Shown piece after piece: positions 7,117 to 15,296 of a stretch of 23,052 nt of DNA. The notes below the pieces were generated by a model that was given only the letters and a program-made list of their open reading frames with translations, ran no database searches and had not been told where the DNA came from. This stretch comes from Patescibacteria group bacterium (GTDB lineage Bacteria > Patescibacteriota > Patescibacteriia > Patescibacteriales > UBA12465). A program made the translations under genes and the position numbers. The stretch spans positions 1-23,052 of the forward strand of contig JAVEZP010000006.1 of NCBI GenBank assembly GCA_034002925.1. The letters run 5' to 3'. Within the stretch, counting starts at the first letter, position 1, and each line of letters starts with the position of its first letter.

Positions 7117-8277
7117 ATGTCTATCAATAAATTAATACCAAAGTATATATTTTCACTGTTAATAGTATTGTCATTTTTATTTTCCCCTTCTTTAGTTGGC
7201 GCTCAGAGTGATCAATCGGAAGTGATTATCTTTACTAGCCCTACCTGTCCTCACTGTAATGCGGCTAAAGATTTTTTTAATGACTTGTCTGTTACTAATG
7301 ATTATGATTTTAAATTAGTTGATTATACTTTAGCGAATGAAATTGCTTTAGCAAAACAGTATTACGAAGATTATCAAGTTCCAGCGAGTTATCAAGGTTT
7401 AGTGCCAATTATGTTTATTGGTGATCGTTATTTTGTTGGCTTTAATGATCAGATAGCTTTAGATATTCAAGCACAGCTTAATGTTATCGAGGGTGTGGAT
7501 GCTATGCCAAAGAGTGATAATCATAATCAAAAAGAAAAAATCATCAAATTGCCATTCTTGGGAGAAGTGGATTTATATAGTTTTTCTTTGCCAATTTTAG
7601 CAATTATTATGGGTGCTATTGATGGTTTTAATGTTTGTTCTTTGGGGGCTTTAGTTTTAATTTTAGGTTTAGTTATTGCCTTGCGTTCTCGTCGTCGCAT
7701 TTTGTTATTAGGTTCAACTTTTTTGTTAACTACTGGTCTAGTTTATGGTTTAATGATTTTTCTCTGGCATCAAATATTTTCTGTTTTAGCTCCTTATGTC
7801 CGTAGTTTAGAGTTGGTGGTGGGCATATTGTCTATCTTTGGTGGTATTTATTTGCTCCGAGAATTTTATCAAGCCTGGAAGCGAGGGCCAATTTGTAGTA
7901 GTAATAATATTCTCTCGAGATTAATGCCGAAGGTAGAGCAAATTTTTCAAAATAAAACTAATTGGTTTTTGTTAATGGCTACGGTAATTCTTTTTTCAGG
8001 GGCAGTGACAATTATTGAATTTCCTTGTTCAGCAGTTTTACCAGTTCTATTTACTGGCATTTTAGTCGAAAGTGGTGTTAGTCAATCGACAGCTATAGCC
8101 TACATAACTCTCTTTTTATTGTTTTATCTCTTAGACGAGTTGATCATTTTTCTAATTGCCGTCTTTACTATGAAAATTAAAATAGTGTCTCCACGTTTTA
8201 TTATTTTCTTTAATTTATTAGCGGCCTTAATTTTCTTAGCTCTAGGCGCTTTCTATCTTTTAGGTTTAAGTCTTTAA
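7117..8277 (+). CDS. Signal-peptide thioredoxin-fold (CPHC) domain fused to a CcdA/DsbD-like polytopic membrane domain carrying two intramembrane cysteines
   Basis: Domain order is signal peptide, a Trx/Grx-like domain (…IIFTSPTCPHCNAAKDFF…), then 6-8 TM helices. Cys lies in two pseudo-symmetric motifs (…DGFNVCSLGALVL… and …IIEFPCSAVLPVL…), as in CcdA/DsbD_2 electron transporters. Confidence 0.55.
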   Translation: MSINKLIPKYIFSLLIVLSFLFSPSLVGAQSDQSEVIIFTSPTCPHCNAAKDFFNDLSVTNDYDFKLVDYTLANEIALAKQYYEDYQVPASYQGLVPIMFIGDRYFVGFNDQIALDIQAQLNVIEGVDAMPKSDNHNQKEKIIKLPFLGEVDLYSFSLPILAIIMGAIDGFNVCSLGALVLILGLVIALRSRRRILLLGSTFLLTTGLVYGLMIFLWHQIFSVLAPYVRSLELVVGILSIFGGIYLLREFYQAWKRGPICSSNNILSRLMPKVEQIFQNKTNWFLLMATVILFSGAVTIIEFPCSAVLPVLFTGILVESGVSQSTAIAYITLFLLFYLLDELIIFLIAVFTMKIKIVSPRFIIFFNLLAALIFLALGAFYLLGLSL

Positions 8278-8281
8278 AATC

Positions 8282-9286
8282 ATGACTATTAAAAAATTGT
8301 TCAGCAGCTTAATAATTATTCTGGCTCTATGGTTATTGTTTCCCAGTTATAGTCAGGCTTCAGATATCTCCTATCGTTTACGTGGCTCTTTTTTGCTATC
8401 GGTAGAAGAGGAGGGAAAAGTATATTATGTTGATACAGATAATGGTTTGAGGCATGAATTAACAAATTTCAATCTTGCTAAGTTAGAGCAATTAGCTTTA
8501 GGTATTAAAACAAGTGATTTAGCTAAAATTCCTGTCGCGGTAGACGCTCGTTTTCTTCGTTATGATAGTGATGGTGATGGTCTTGATGATCGCTTAGAGA
8601 GAGCCTTGGCTTTAAATCCAGCTTTAAGTGATACAGATAATGATTCCTATAGCGATGCTGTTGAGTTAAGATATCATTTCAACCCCTTAGGGGAAGGGAG
8701 GGCTAATTTGGATTTAGATTTTAGCGCGAGTTTAAGGGGTATGATTTTAATGCAAGTGGAGGCTGAAGGGCAGTTATGGTACGTTAATGTTGAAGATAAT
8801 TTACGCTATTATTTAGGTGATAGTGAAGATCTAAGACGTTTAATTTTGTATTTAGCGAAAGGCATTACGAAAAATAATTTAGATGAAATTGTAGATGCTC
8901 GTGTGATTAAGGATGATAATAAAAAAAGTATTCGGGTTGATGTTGGTCCTAGTCAGAGAGTGTATTATTATTTAGATGGTGTAGAATTGGGTTCCTTCCC
9001 TGTGTCTTCGGGGTCTAAAGATATGCCCACTCCTCAGGGTAGTTTTGAGATTATTAATAAACATCCTAAAGCTTGGTCTTCTTATGGTCTCTGGATGCCA
9101 TATTGGCTCGGCTTGGGCACGGGTCGTTTTGGTTTTCATGAACTGCCTATTTGGCCCAGTGGTTATCGTGAAGGAGAGGATCATTTAGGCAGGGCAGTGT
9201 CTCATGGTTGTATCAGGCTAGGCATTGGTCCAGCTCAATTTTTATATAATTGGGCAGAGATAGGAACGCCGGTAGAAATTTATTAA
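8282..9286 (+). CDS. L,D-transpeptidase (YkuD domain) with N-terminal thrombospondin-type-3-like Ca-binding repeats
   Basis: A signal peptide, DxDxDG repeats (YDSDGDGLDD and SDTDNDSYSD), and a C-terminal YkuD catalytic domain ending in the His/Cys signature …FGFHE…AVSHGCIRL…. Confidence 0.8.
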   Translation: MTIKKLFSSLIIILALWLLFPSYSQASDISYRLRGSFLLSVEEEGKVYYVDTDNGLRHELTNFNLAKLEQLALGIKTSDLAKIPVAVDARFLRYDSDGDGLDDRLERALALNPALSDTDNDSYSDAVELRYHFNPLGEGRANLDLDFSASLRGMILMQVEAEGQLWYVNVEDNLRYYLGDSEDLRRLILYLAKGITKNNLDEIVDARVIKDDNKKSIRVDVGPSQRVYYYLDGVELGSFPVSSGSKDMPTPQGSFEIINKHPKAWSSYGLWMPYWLGLGTGRFGFHELPIWPSGYREGEDHLGRAVSHGCIRLGIGPAQFLYNWAEIGTPVEIY

Positions 9287-9296
9287 TTAATTATTT

Positions 9297-10337
9297 ATGA
9301 CTAAAAATAAAAACCAAAATAAATTATCTCGAGCTTTTCTATATATTCTAGTAATTAGCGCCAGTGTGGCGGTTTTATATCTTTTAAGGCCATTTTTAAA
9401 AGAAATTATTATGGCAGCGATGTTAGCTTCAGTTTCTTTTTGGCCTTATCAAAAATTAAGTAAAATTTTAGCAGGTAGAAAAATTTTAGCAGCTTTAATG
9501 ATGTTATTGCTTTTATTTATTGTTATTATTGGTCCTTTAAGTCACTTTTTAATTTATTTAGCCAAACAAGCTCCTAATTTATATACTCAGACTAGTCATT
9601 TCATCGCTGAGGCCGATATTATTGAAAACAATTTATTATCCTTATTTCACATCAGCCCTAGCGCTGAAGATAGTTTAAAGTCTTTACTGGCTAATTTTCT
9701 TAATCAAGGAGGTGCGTGGCTAATTAATAGTACTTCTTTGTTTTTGCAAAATGTGAGTTCTTTCTTTTTATCTCTTTTTATTTTATTGTTGGCATATTTT
9801 TATTTTTTAGTACATGGGAAAGTGATTGTGAAAAAACTTTTCTATTATTCACCCTTGCCTCAAAATTATAATTTAGAACTTAGTCGTAGCTTTAGTACTA
9901 TTTCTCGCACTGCCTTATTATCAGTGGGAATCAGTGCTATCATTCAAGGTTTGTTAAGCGCCTTGGGCTTATTAATTTTAGGATGGCCCTTTTTATTGGT
10001 GTTTGCGGTCTCAGCTCTGTTAGCCGTTATTCCTTATATGCTGACTTTATTTTATTTGCCCATTGCTCTTTTTTTATTAGCCTCAGGACAAATTTGGCAA
10101 GCTCTATTAATTATTATTTGGAATATGTTAATTGTAGTGAATATTGACGAGCTAATTCGAGCTTATATTGCTAAGGGAGGCACGAAGGTTAATATGGCTT
10201 TTATGTTGTTTGCTATTTTAGGGGGTATTGCTTTATTTGGCTTACCAGGTGTTTTTATTGGTCCACTTATTACCGCTTTAACGCTCACAATTTTAAATAT
10301 TTATGCTCAAGAATTTAGTGAAAAAATTAGTTATTAA
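9297..10337 (+). CDS. AI-2E family transporter (UPF0118/PerM-like)
   Basis: An 8-TM protein with the family-typical N-terminal …LYLLRPFLKEIIMA… region and overall architecture. Confidence 0.7.
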   Translation: MTKNKNQNKLSRAFLYILVISASVAVLYLLRPFLKEIIMAAMLASVSFWPYQKLSKILAGRKILAALMMLLLLFIVIIGPLSHFLIYLAKQAPNLYTQTSHFIAEADIIENNLLSLFHISPSAEDSLKSLLANFLNQGGAWLINSTSLFLQNVSSFFLSLFILLLAYFYFLVHGKVIVKKLFYYSPLPQNYNLELSRSFSTISRTALLSVGISAIIQGLLSALGLLILGWPFLLVFAVSALLAVIPYMLTLFYLPIALFLLASGQIWQALLIIIWNMLIVVNIDELIRAYIAKGGTKVNMAFMLFAILGGIALFGLPGVFIGPLITALTLTILNIYAQEFSEKISY

Positions 10338-10357
10338 TTGAATTGTTTAGATAAGAT

Positions 10358-10383
10358 AAAACCGCCTATGGGCGGTTTTGTTT
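10358..10383 (+). terminator. Intrinsic terminator closing the 5929..10337 operon
   Basis: AAAACCGCC-tatg-GGCGGTTTTGTTT. Confidence 0.7.
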
Positions 10384-10475
10384 AGAATTAAATAATTTTA
10401 TGCTATTATATAACTACTAATTAATTAAGTATTTAGCTGGTAAATTTTTTAATTTACTCAGACTAATTCACATAT

Positions 10476-10883
10476 ATGTCTAAGAAAAAAAATAATTATG
10501 GACTGTGGTCATTGCTAGCGGTCTTTGTACTTATTTTAGGTGCTATCTATTTTTCTAATCGCTATTCTCAGTCTACTACTGGAGAAAATGATGTAGCTTT
10601 AAGTTCTTTTGCTCAATGTTTAGAGGATAAGGGGGCGCGTTTCTATGGAGCTTTTTGGTGTTCTCATTGCCAAGACCAAAAAGAAATGTTTGGCGGAGCC
10701 GCTAAAGATTTACCCTATGTCGAGTGTTCAACTCGGGATGGCAAGGGACAATTACCAGAATGTCAGAAAAACAATATCTCCGGCTATCCTACTTGGGAAT
10801 TTGCTGACGGTAGTCGCATGTCCGGTAGTTTGCCATTAGGTATATTGGCCGAGAAGAGTGGCTGTGCTTTACCTGCAGTTTAA
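10476..10883 (+). CDS. Membrane-anchored extracytoplasmic thioredoxin-like protein of the type that partners VKOR (CxxC = CSHC)
   Basis: A single N-terminal TM helix, then …FYGAFWCSHCQDQKEMFGGAAKDLPYVEC…. This closely resembles the Trx-like domain found fused to bacterial VKOR. Confidence 0.55.
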   Translation: MSKKKNNYGLWSLLAVFVLILGAIYFSNRYSQSTTGENDVALSSFAQCLEDKGARFYGAFWCSHCQDQKEMFGGAAKDLPYVECSTRDGKGQLPECQKNNISGYPTWEFADGSRMSGSLPLGILAEKSGCALPAV

Positions 10884-10900
10884 TATTTTTATAACTTAAA

Positions 10901-10929
10901 AGCCCCAGTAATTAGCTGGGGCTTTTTTT
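10901..10929. terminator. Bidirectional intrinsic terminator between the convergent Trx-like gene (+) and glgP (-); the glgP stop codon overlaps the T-run
   Basis: AGCCCCAG-taattag-CTGGGGCT followed by TTTTTT; the plus-strand run before it is A-rich. Confidence 0.7.
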
Positions 10930-12607
10930 ATAGATAGGCGCTTTGAATATATTGTTGGAGCATTCGTTCGGAGTTAAAGAAAGAGGCGTTAATAGCAATA
11001 GTGTAGCGCATAGTCTCTTGCCAGTTGTCCGGACGCTGGTAGTAGCGGGGAAGAATGCGATTTTCTAGCTTATCATATAAATTAGCAGCGTCTTTAGCAT
11101 TTAATTCCTTAGGGTTTAAAGTGCTGCGACGATCACCAATTGACCAGCCGGTTTTGCGATTAATAAAGCCCTCTATCCACCAACCATCTAAAGTACTGAA
11201 ATGAGGCACACCATTATGTGCTGCTTTCATGCCACTGGTACCAGAGGCTTCATTAGGGGGCAGGGGGGTGTTTAGCCAAACATCAACTCCAGCTACCATT
11301 AATTTAGCGATGTCCATGTCATAATTGGCTAGAAAAATAATTTTAATTTCTTTTTTGTATTTTTCTTTTAAAGTGTGAATTTCTTTAATCATGGCTTTGC
11401 CATCTAAATCTCGAGGATGAGCTTTACCAGCATAGATAATTTGAATGGGACCAGCTTCTTTGTTGATTCTAATGAGTTCGTCTATATCATGAAACAAGAG
11501 AGTTGATCTTTTATAGCCAGTGAAGCGACGAGCAAAGCCGATGGTGAAAACATTTAATTTTAGTTTTTCTTTTTGTTTTTTATAAATATAATCTAATAAT
11601 CTTTGTTTTGCATTTTGATGAGCCTTCCAAATTTCTTGAGTGGGAATATTAAAGGCATTACGCAAAGATAAGCTATCATGGCGCCAAGTGGGAATGTGTT
11701 TATCAAATAATTTTTGAAATTCAGGAGCTGTCCAAGTACGAGAATGGACGCCATTTGTGACGGCGGCAATATAATGATTGGGAAACATTTTAGCCGAGAC
11801 GGCTTGATGGCTAAAGGCCACGCCATTAACAAAAGAGCTGAAATATAAAGCGAGTTCCGTCATATTTAACTCTTGGTTTTTAATCAAATCTTTTAATTGA
11901 AAAGGGAAGTCTGTTTGCAGTTCTTTAGCTAATGCAATTGGAAAACTATCATGCCCAGCTTTAATGGGTGTGTGGGTGGTAAAAACACATTGTTCTTTAA
12001 CGGCATTAATTCTTTTGGTTAGATTTTTTTCTTTATTGTTCAAAAACAATTCAATCGTTGCTAAAGCAGCGTGACCTTCATTGAGGTGATATTTTTTAAT
12101 TTCTTTATAGCCTAGTTTTTTTAATATTTTTACCCCTCCTCGCCCTAAAACTATTTCTTGCATTAATCTATAGTCATCATCAGCGCGATAGAGTTCACCG
12201 CTGAGACGACGATATTTTTCTTTATTTGTACTAATATCAGTATCAAGAAAATAGATAGGGAGGAAATTGCCGTTATAGCCTTTTAAGAGATATTCCCAAG
12301 CTTGAATATAGACAGTATCCTGAGCAATTTTAATGCTCGTTTTAGCTTTTAGTTTTTTAAACTTTTTATAATCATAGAAATCTGCTTTTTCTGTTTGTTC
12401 CCCAGCTTGATTGATAATTTGTTTGAAGTAGCCGCTTTTATTTAAAATAGTAATACCTAGCATTGGCACTTTTAAATCAGCGGCTGATTTTAGGGTGTCC
12501 CCAGCTAGAATTCCTAAACCGCCAGAATAGCTTTTTATTTGATTATCTAAGGCTATTTCCATGCTGAAATAGGCAATTTTAATATTTTTTTTGTCGTTTC
12601 CAGTCAT
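10928..12607 (-). CDS. glgP: Alpha-glucan (glycogen/maltodextrin) phosphorylase, GT35 family
   Basis: The pyridoxal-phosphate site motif …NEASGTSGMKAAHNG… and GT35-like motifs throughout. The length (559 aa) matches the short form of the family. Confidence 0.85.
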   Translation of the reverse strand: MTGNDKKNIKIAYFSMEIALDNQIKSYSGGLGILAGDTLKSAADLKVPMLGITILNKSGYFKQIINQAGEQTEKADFYDYKKFKKLKAKTSIKIAQDTVYIQAWEYLLKGYNGNFLPIYFLDTDISTNKEKYRRLSGELYRADDDYRLMQEIVLGRGGVKILKKLGYKEIKKYHLNEGHAALATIELFLNNKEKNLTKRINAVKEQCVFTTHTPIKAGHDSFPIALAKELQTDFPFQLKDLIKNQELNMTELALYFSSFVNGVAFSHQAVSAKMFPNHYIAAVTNGVHSRTWTAPEFQKLFDKHIPTWRHDSLSLRNAFNIPTQEIWKAHQNAKQRLLDYIYKKQKEKLKLNVFTIGFARRFTGYKRSTLLFHDIDELIRINKEAGPIQIIYAGKAHPRDLDGKAMIKEIHTLKEKYKKEIKIIFLANYDMDIAKLMVAGVDVWLNTPLPPNEASGTSGMKAAHNGVPHFSTLDGWWIEGFINRKTGWSIGDRRSTLNPKELNAKDAANLYDKLENRILPRYYQRPDNWQETMRYTIAINASFFNSERMLQQYIQSAYL

Positions 12608-12666
12608 ATCGAAGAATGAATTAGTAATTATATTCTTTTATTATACCCTAACAATTACATTAAGCC

Positions 12667-12696
12667 AATAAAAAATCCGATCATGATTGATCGGAT
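12667..12696 (-). terminator. Intrinsic terminator for the 12704..13396 gene
   Basis: Stem TCCGATCA/TGATCGGA (8-9 bp). On the minus strand it is followed by a T-run (plus-strand A-run at 12670-12675). Confidence 0.6.
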
Positions 12697-12703
12697 AATT
12701 GCT

Positions 12704-13396
12704 TTAAGCGGAGATAATTAATCCGCTTCTTATCTGACTTTCATTTTTTAGCCTTAAGCTATTACCAGAAACCCATAGCCCGCCAATAAATTGAATTGAA
12801 TTGCCATTACGGTTGATGATTAAACGATAGGTGGTGTTGCGGCAAGGATCTTTTGGCCCGGCTAGTGGCGGCAAATAAGGCTGATAATAATTCGCACCCA
12901 GTTTGTGCAAAAAGCGTAACATTTCGTAGCGAGTTACCGCTCCAGCCGAGTTAATGTCCTGGCTTTTAATTTTACCTTTTGCCTTTTTGCGCTCTAACAT
13001 CGGGTCATAGATTTTCATTTCTCCTGAAGGTTTTTTGATTACAAAACTTTCTTGCCAGTCAATAACTTTTTCGAAGCTAGAAAACTCAAGTTTTTCCCAG
13101 AGCTCAAGATGAGCACCTGCTTCGTAATCAATTTTAAAGCTCTGAGCTTCTTCAATTTGCAATTCTAGAGTTGCGGTGGGTAAATGATGTAGTTTAAACA
13201 GCTCTAATAAACGTTTAGCATCATGTTTGCCATCTACATAATGAAAAGCATTTAATTTGCCATTAGGGACACAGTCCAAAGCGATTAGGCTTTGTTCTGG
13301 TAATACTCTTTTTAGCCGAACTACTAAAGTCTCGGCCATTGCCTGATAGTGATTATCAAGCGTTAAAATCAAATCGGATAATTCTGCTTTTTCCAT
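12704..13396 (-). CDS. Hypothetical protein, no recognisable family
   Basis: A clean 230-aa ORF with its own terminator and no TM segments. The C-terminal segment (…PYLPPLAGPKDPCRNTTYRLIINRNGNSIQFIGGLWVSGNS…) does not match any domain I recognise. Confidence 0.45.
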   Translation of the reverse strand: MEKAELSDLILTLDNHYQAMAETLVVRLKRVLPEQSLIALDCVPNGKLNAFHYVDGKHDAKRLLELFKLHHLPTATLELQIEEAQSFKIDYEAGAHLELWEKLEFSSFEKVIDWQESFVIKKPSGEMKIYDPMLERKKAKGKIKSQDINSAGAVTRYEMLRFLHKLGANYYQPYLPPLAGPKDPCRNTTYRLIINRNGNSIQFIGGLWVSGNSLRLKNESQIRSGLIISA

Positions 13397-13474
13397 GGTA
13401 TTTTATTTTATTAGCAATGAACGTGCTTTATAAATTAACATAAATTTTATAATTAGGCAATAGTAAAGTAGCAA

Positions 13475-13500
13475 TAAAAAAAGAGGTTTTTAAACCTCTT
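13475..13500 (-). terminator. Intrinsic terminator for the 13490..14074 gene; the stop codon lies in the hairpin loop
   Basis: AAGAGGTT-ttaa-AACCTCTT is palindromic and preceded by AAAAAAA, which reads as a T-run on the minus strand. Confidence 0.6.
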
Positions 13501-14074
13501 CATCTTTTGGCTCGGTGAATATTATGTCCAGTATATCTGGAATGGATGAGCGCATATGATAGTGCATTCTTGCATTTAAAGCTTTTCTTCTGTCATTTGG
13601 TCTAATTTTGATATTTTTAGACCATAGTTTTTTGCCGTTATGCTGCAGATCATATAGGGCAATCATGGCTTTTTGTGTTTTAGTGGCTAGCTTCCATGCC
13701 TCGGTATATGCTTGAGGACCGCTATAGTCTTTGAATTTTTCTAATGGCCCTGGGTGAAACAGGAAAATAGGTTGCGCTCGTAATATTTCTGATGGCAAAA
13801 TTAAATGCCAGTCCCAAAATAAAAATTTAGCATTAGGATAATTATTGAAGATGTCGGTATATTTAGATCTCTCTTCATCATAACCTATGTCATAAAATTT
13901 TATTTTTTTATCTTGAGCTAATGTGTAGTTGCCATTTTGATGGGCGCTGGCAATTCCTATTAATTCAATTTTGTCGTCAGTTTTTTGCTGATCCAAGAAG
14001 GCACTGAGACTGGCTAAATTACCGCCGTTGCTGCGCAGTGATTCAGTAGAAAAAAGAAAAATCTGCTTTTTCAT
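13490..14074 (-). CDS. Formyltransferase-fold (PurN/Fmt N-terminal domain-like) protein with a substituted catalytic Asn
   Basis: Collinear with PurN. The glycine loop is SNGGNLASL (PurN SGNGSNLQAI). …KFLFWDWHLILPSEILR… corresponds to …VVLAGFMRILSPAFVS…. FLFHPGPLEKFKDYSG corresponds to LLNIHPSLLPKYPG, so the His is kept but Asn becomes Leu. ALYDLQHNG corresponds to FVTDELDGG, so the Asp is kept. Confidence 0.5.
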   Translation of the reverse strand: MKKQIFLFSTESLRSNGGNLASLSAFLDQQKTDDKIELIGIASAHQNGNYTLAQDKKIKFYDIGYDEERSKYTDIFNNYPNAKFLFWDWHLILPSEILRAQPIFLFHPGPLEKFKDYSGPQAYTEAWKLATKTQKAMIALYDLQHNGKKLWSKNIKIRPNDRRKALNARMHYHMRSSIPDILDIIFTEPKDEEV

Positions 14075-14102
14075 GATTTTATATTTTTAAGGTTCTATAT
14101 TT

Positions 14103-14131
14103 ATTCTAAAGTTAATTAAAAAGCCTGTCAA
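14103..14131 (-). promoter_or_regulatory. Candidate promoter for the 14074 gene (minus strand: TTGACA-17-TAGAAT)
   Basis: Plus-strand TGTCAA at 14126-14131 reads TTGACA on the minus strand. After a 17-bp spacer, plus-strand ATTCTA at 14103-14108 reads TAGAAT. Confidence 0.4.
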
Positions 14132-14155
14132 ATAATAGGAAAATAGAGAAAAGTA

Positions 14156-14164
14156 TGTTATAAT
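14156..14164 (+). promoter_or_regulatory. Extended -10 element TGtTATAAT upstream of the MscS gene; an alternative TTGACA (14203-14208) / TATAAT (14229-14234) pair with a 20-bp spacer also exists
   Basis: TG at 14156-14157 and TATAAT at 14159-14164, about 95 nt upstream of the ATG at 14262. Confidence 0.3.
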
Positions 14165-14261
14165 AAATATTCTCATTTTAAATTTAAGTTTTATTTTTTA
14201 TGTTGACACAATTATTAAATTATTTTTTTATAATAATAGCGGTCGTGATTATTTAGAATCT

Positions 14262-15251
14262 TTGTTATTTTTTGTTTTAGCACTGATTATTTTAATGCTG
14301 ATACAAAAAATTGTCTTAGCACGTCTGCAAAAATTTTCTCAACACACTAAAACAGCAATAGATGATGTAATGATTAATATTTTAGCTAAAATCAAGCCAC
14401 CTTTTTATTTAATCATTGCTTTTTATCTGGCGGTTCAATCTTTACATTTAAGTGTAAGTTTTAAGTATTGGTTAAACTTCTTGTTGGCCGCTATTTTAAT
14501 TTATGAAGGAATTCGAGCATTGGAAAAAATCATTGCCTTTTTTATTACCCAGTCTTTAGAGAAGAATAATAGCAGTGAACAAGCGGTGGCATCGTTTAAA
14601 ACTTTAAATATTTTTATTCGGATTATTTTATGGAGCATAGGTCTTTTACTATTACTCTCTAATACTGGAATTAATATTACTTCCTTAATTGCTGGTTTAG
14701 GTATTGGTGGTATTGCCATTGCCTTAGCTCTACAAAATGTTTTAGGTGATATTTTCTCTAGTTTTTCTATTTTAATAGATAAGCCTTTTCAAGTGGGCGA
14801 TTTTATTAAAATTGATACTGACATGGGTACGGTTGAGAAAATTGGTATTAAAACTACCAGATTACGTACCTTAGATGGTCAAATCTTAGTAGTGGCAAAT
14901 CAGGAATTAACTACAGCGAGAGTGGAGAATTTTCGTCAAGCGCAAAAAAGGAGAGCTTTATTTACTTTAGGGCTCATATATCAAAGTAGTCGGAAACAAT
15001 TAGAAAAAGTGCCGGAAATTATTAAGAGTATTGTGGCTTCATATGAATTAGCTGAATTCGATCGTTGCCATTTTAAAAGTTATGGTGATTTTAGTTTAAA
15101 TTTTGAAGTTTCTTTTTATGTTAAAACAGATAATTATCAAGTTTTTCTAGATGTTTTGGAAAAGATTAATTTAGATATTTTTAGCCATTTTCAAAAAGAA
15201 GGCATAGAATTCGCTTATCCGACTCAACTGCAATATAATAAAAATATTTAA
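14262..15251 (+). CDS. Small-conductance mechanosensitive channel (MscS family)
   Basis: Three N-terminal TM helices, then the conserved MscS pore/beta-domain region …IAGLGIGGIAIALALQNVLGDIFSSFSILIDKPFQVGDFIKI…GTVEKIGIKTTRLRTLDGQILVVANQEL…. Confidence 0.85.
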   Translation: MLFFVLALIILMLIQKIVLARLQKFSQHTKTAIDDVMINILAKIKPPFYLIIAFYLAVQSLHLSVSFKYWLNFLLAAILIYEGIRALEKIIAFFITQSLEKNNSSEQAVASFKTLNIFIRIILWSIGLLLLLSNTGINITSLIAGLGIGGIAIALALQNVLGDIFSSFSILIDKPFQVGDFIKIDTDMGTVEKIGIKTTRLRTLDGQILVVANQELTTARVENFRQAQKRRALFTLGLIYQSSRKQLEKVPEIIKSIVASYELAEFDRCHFKSYGDFSLNFEVSFYVKTDNYQVFLDVLEKINLDIFSHFQKEGIEFAYPTQLQYNKNI

Positions 15252-15270
15252 TTAGCTTTTAGTAGATAAA

Positions 15271-15296
15271 AAAAAGAGCTTACTGAGCTCTTTTTT
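15271..15296. terminator. Bidirectional intrinsic terminator shared by convergent MscS (+) and mscL (-); the mscL stop codon lies inside the stem
   Basis: AAAAAAAAGAGCT-tactg-AGCTCTTTTTT. Confidence 0.7.

Noticed and set aside
8972-9184. 70-aa minus-strand ORF inside the L,D-transpeptidase gene
   Set aside because: Antisense to the conserved YkuD catalytic domain; no signals.
10645-10839. 64-aa plus-strand alternative-frame ORF within the Trx-like gene
   Set aside because: Same strand but a different frame inside a CDS with a clear CxxC Trx fold; spurious.
11593-11832. 79-aa minus-strand alternative-frame ORF inside glgP
   Set aside because: Embedded in the glucan phosphorylase CDS.
14501-14719. 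72-aa antisense ORF inside the MscS gene
   Set aside because: Antisense to the conserved MscS TM3 and beta-domain region.
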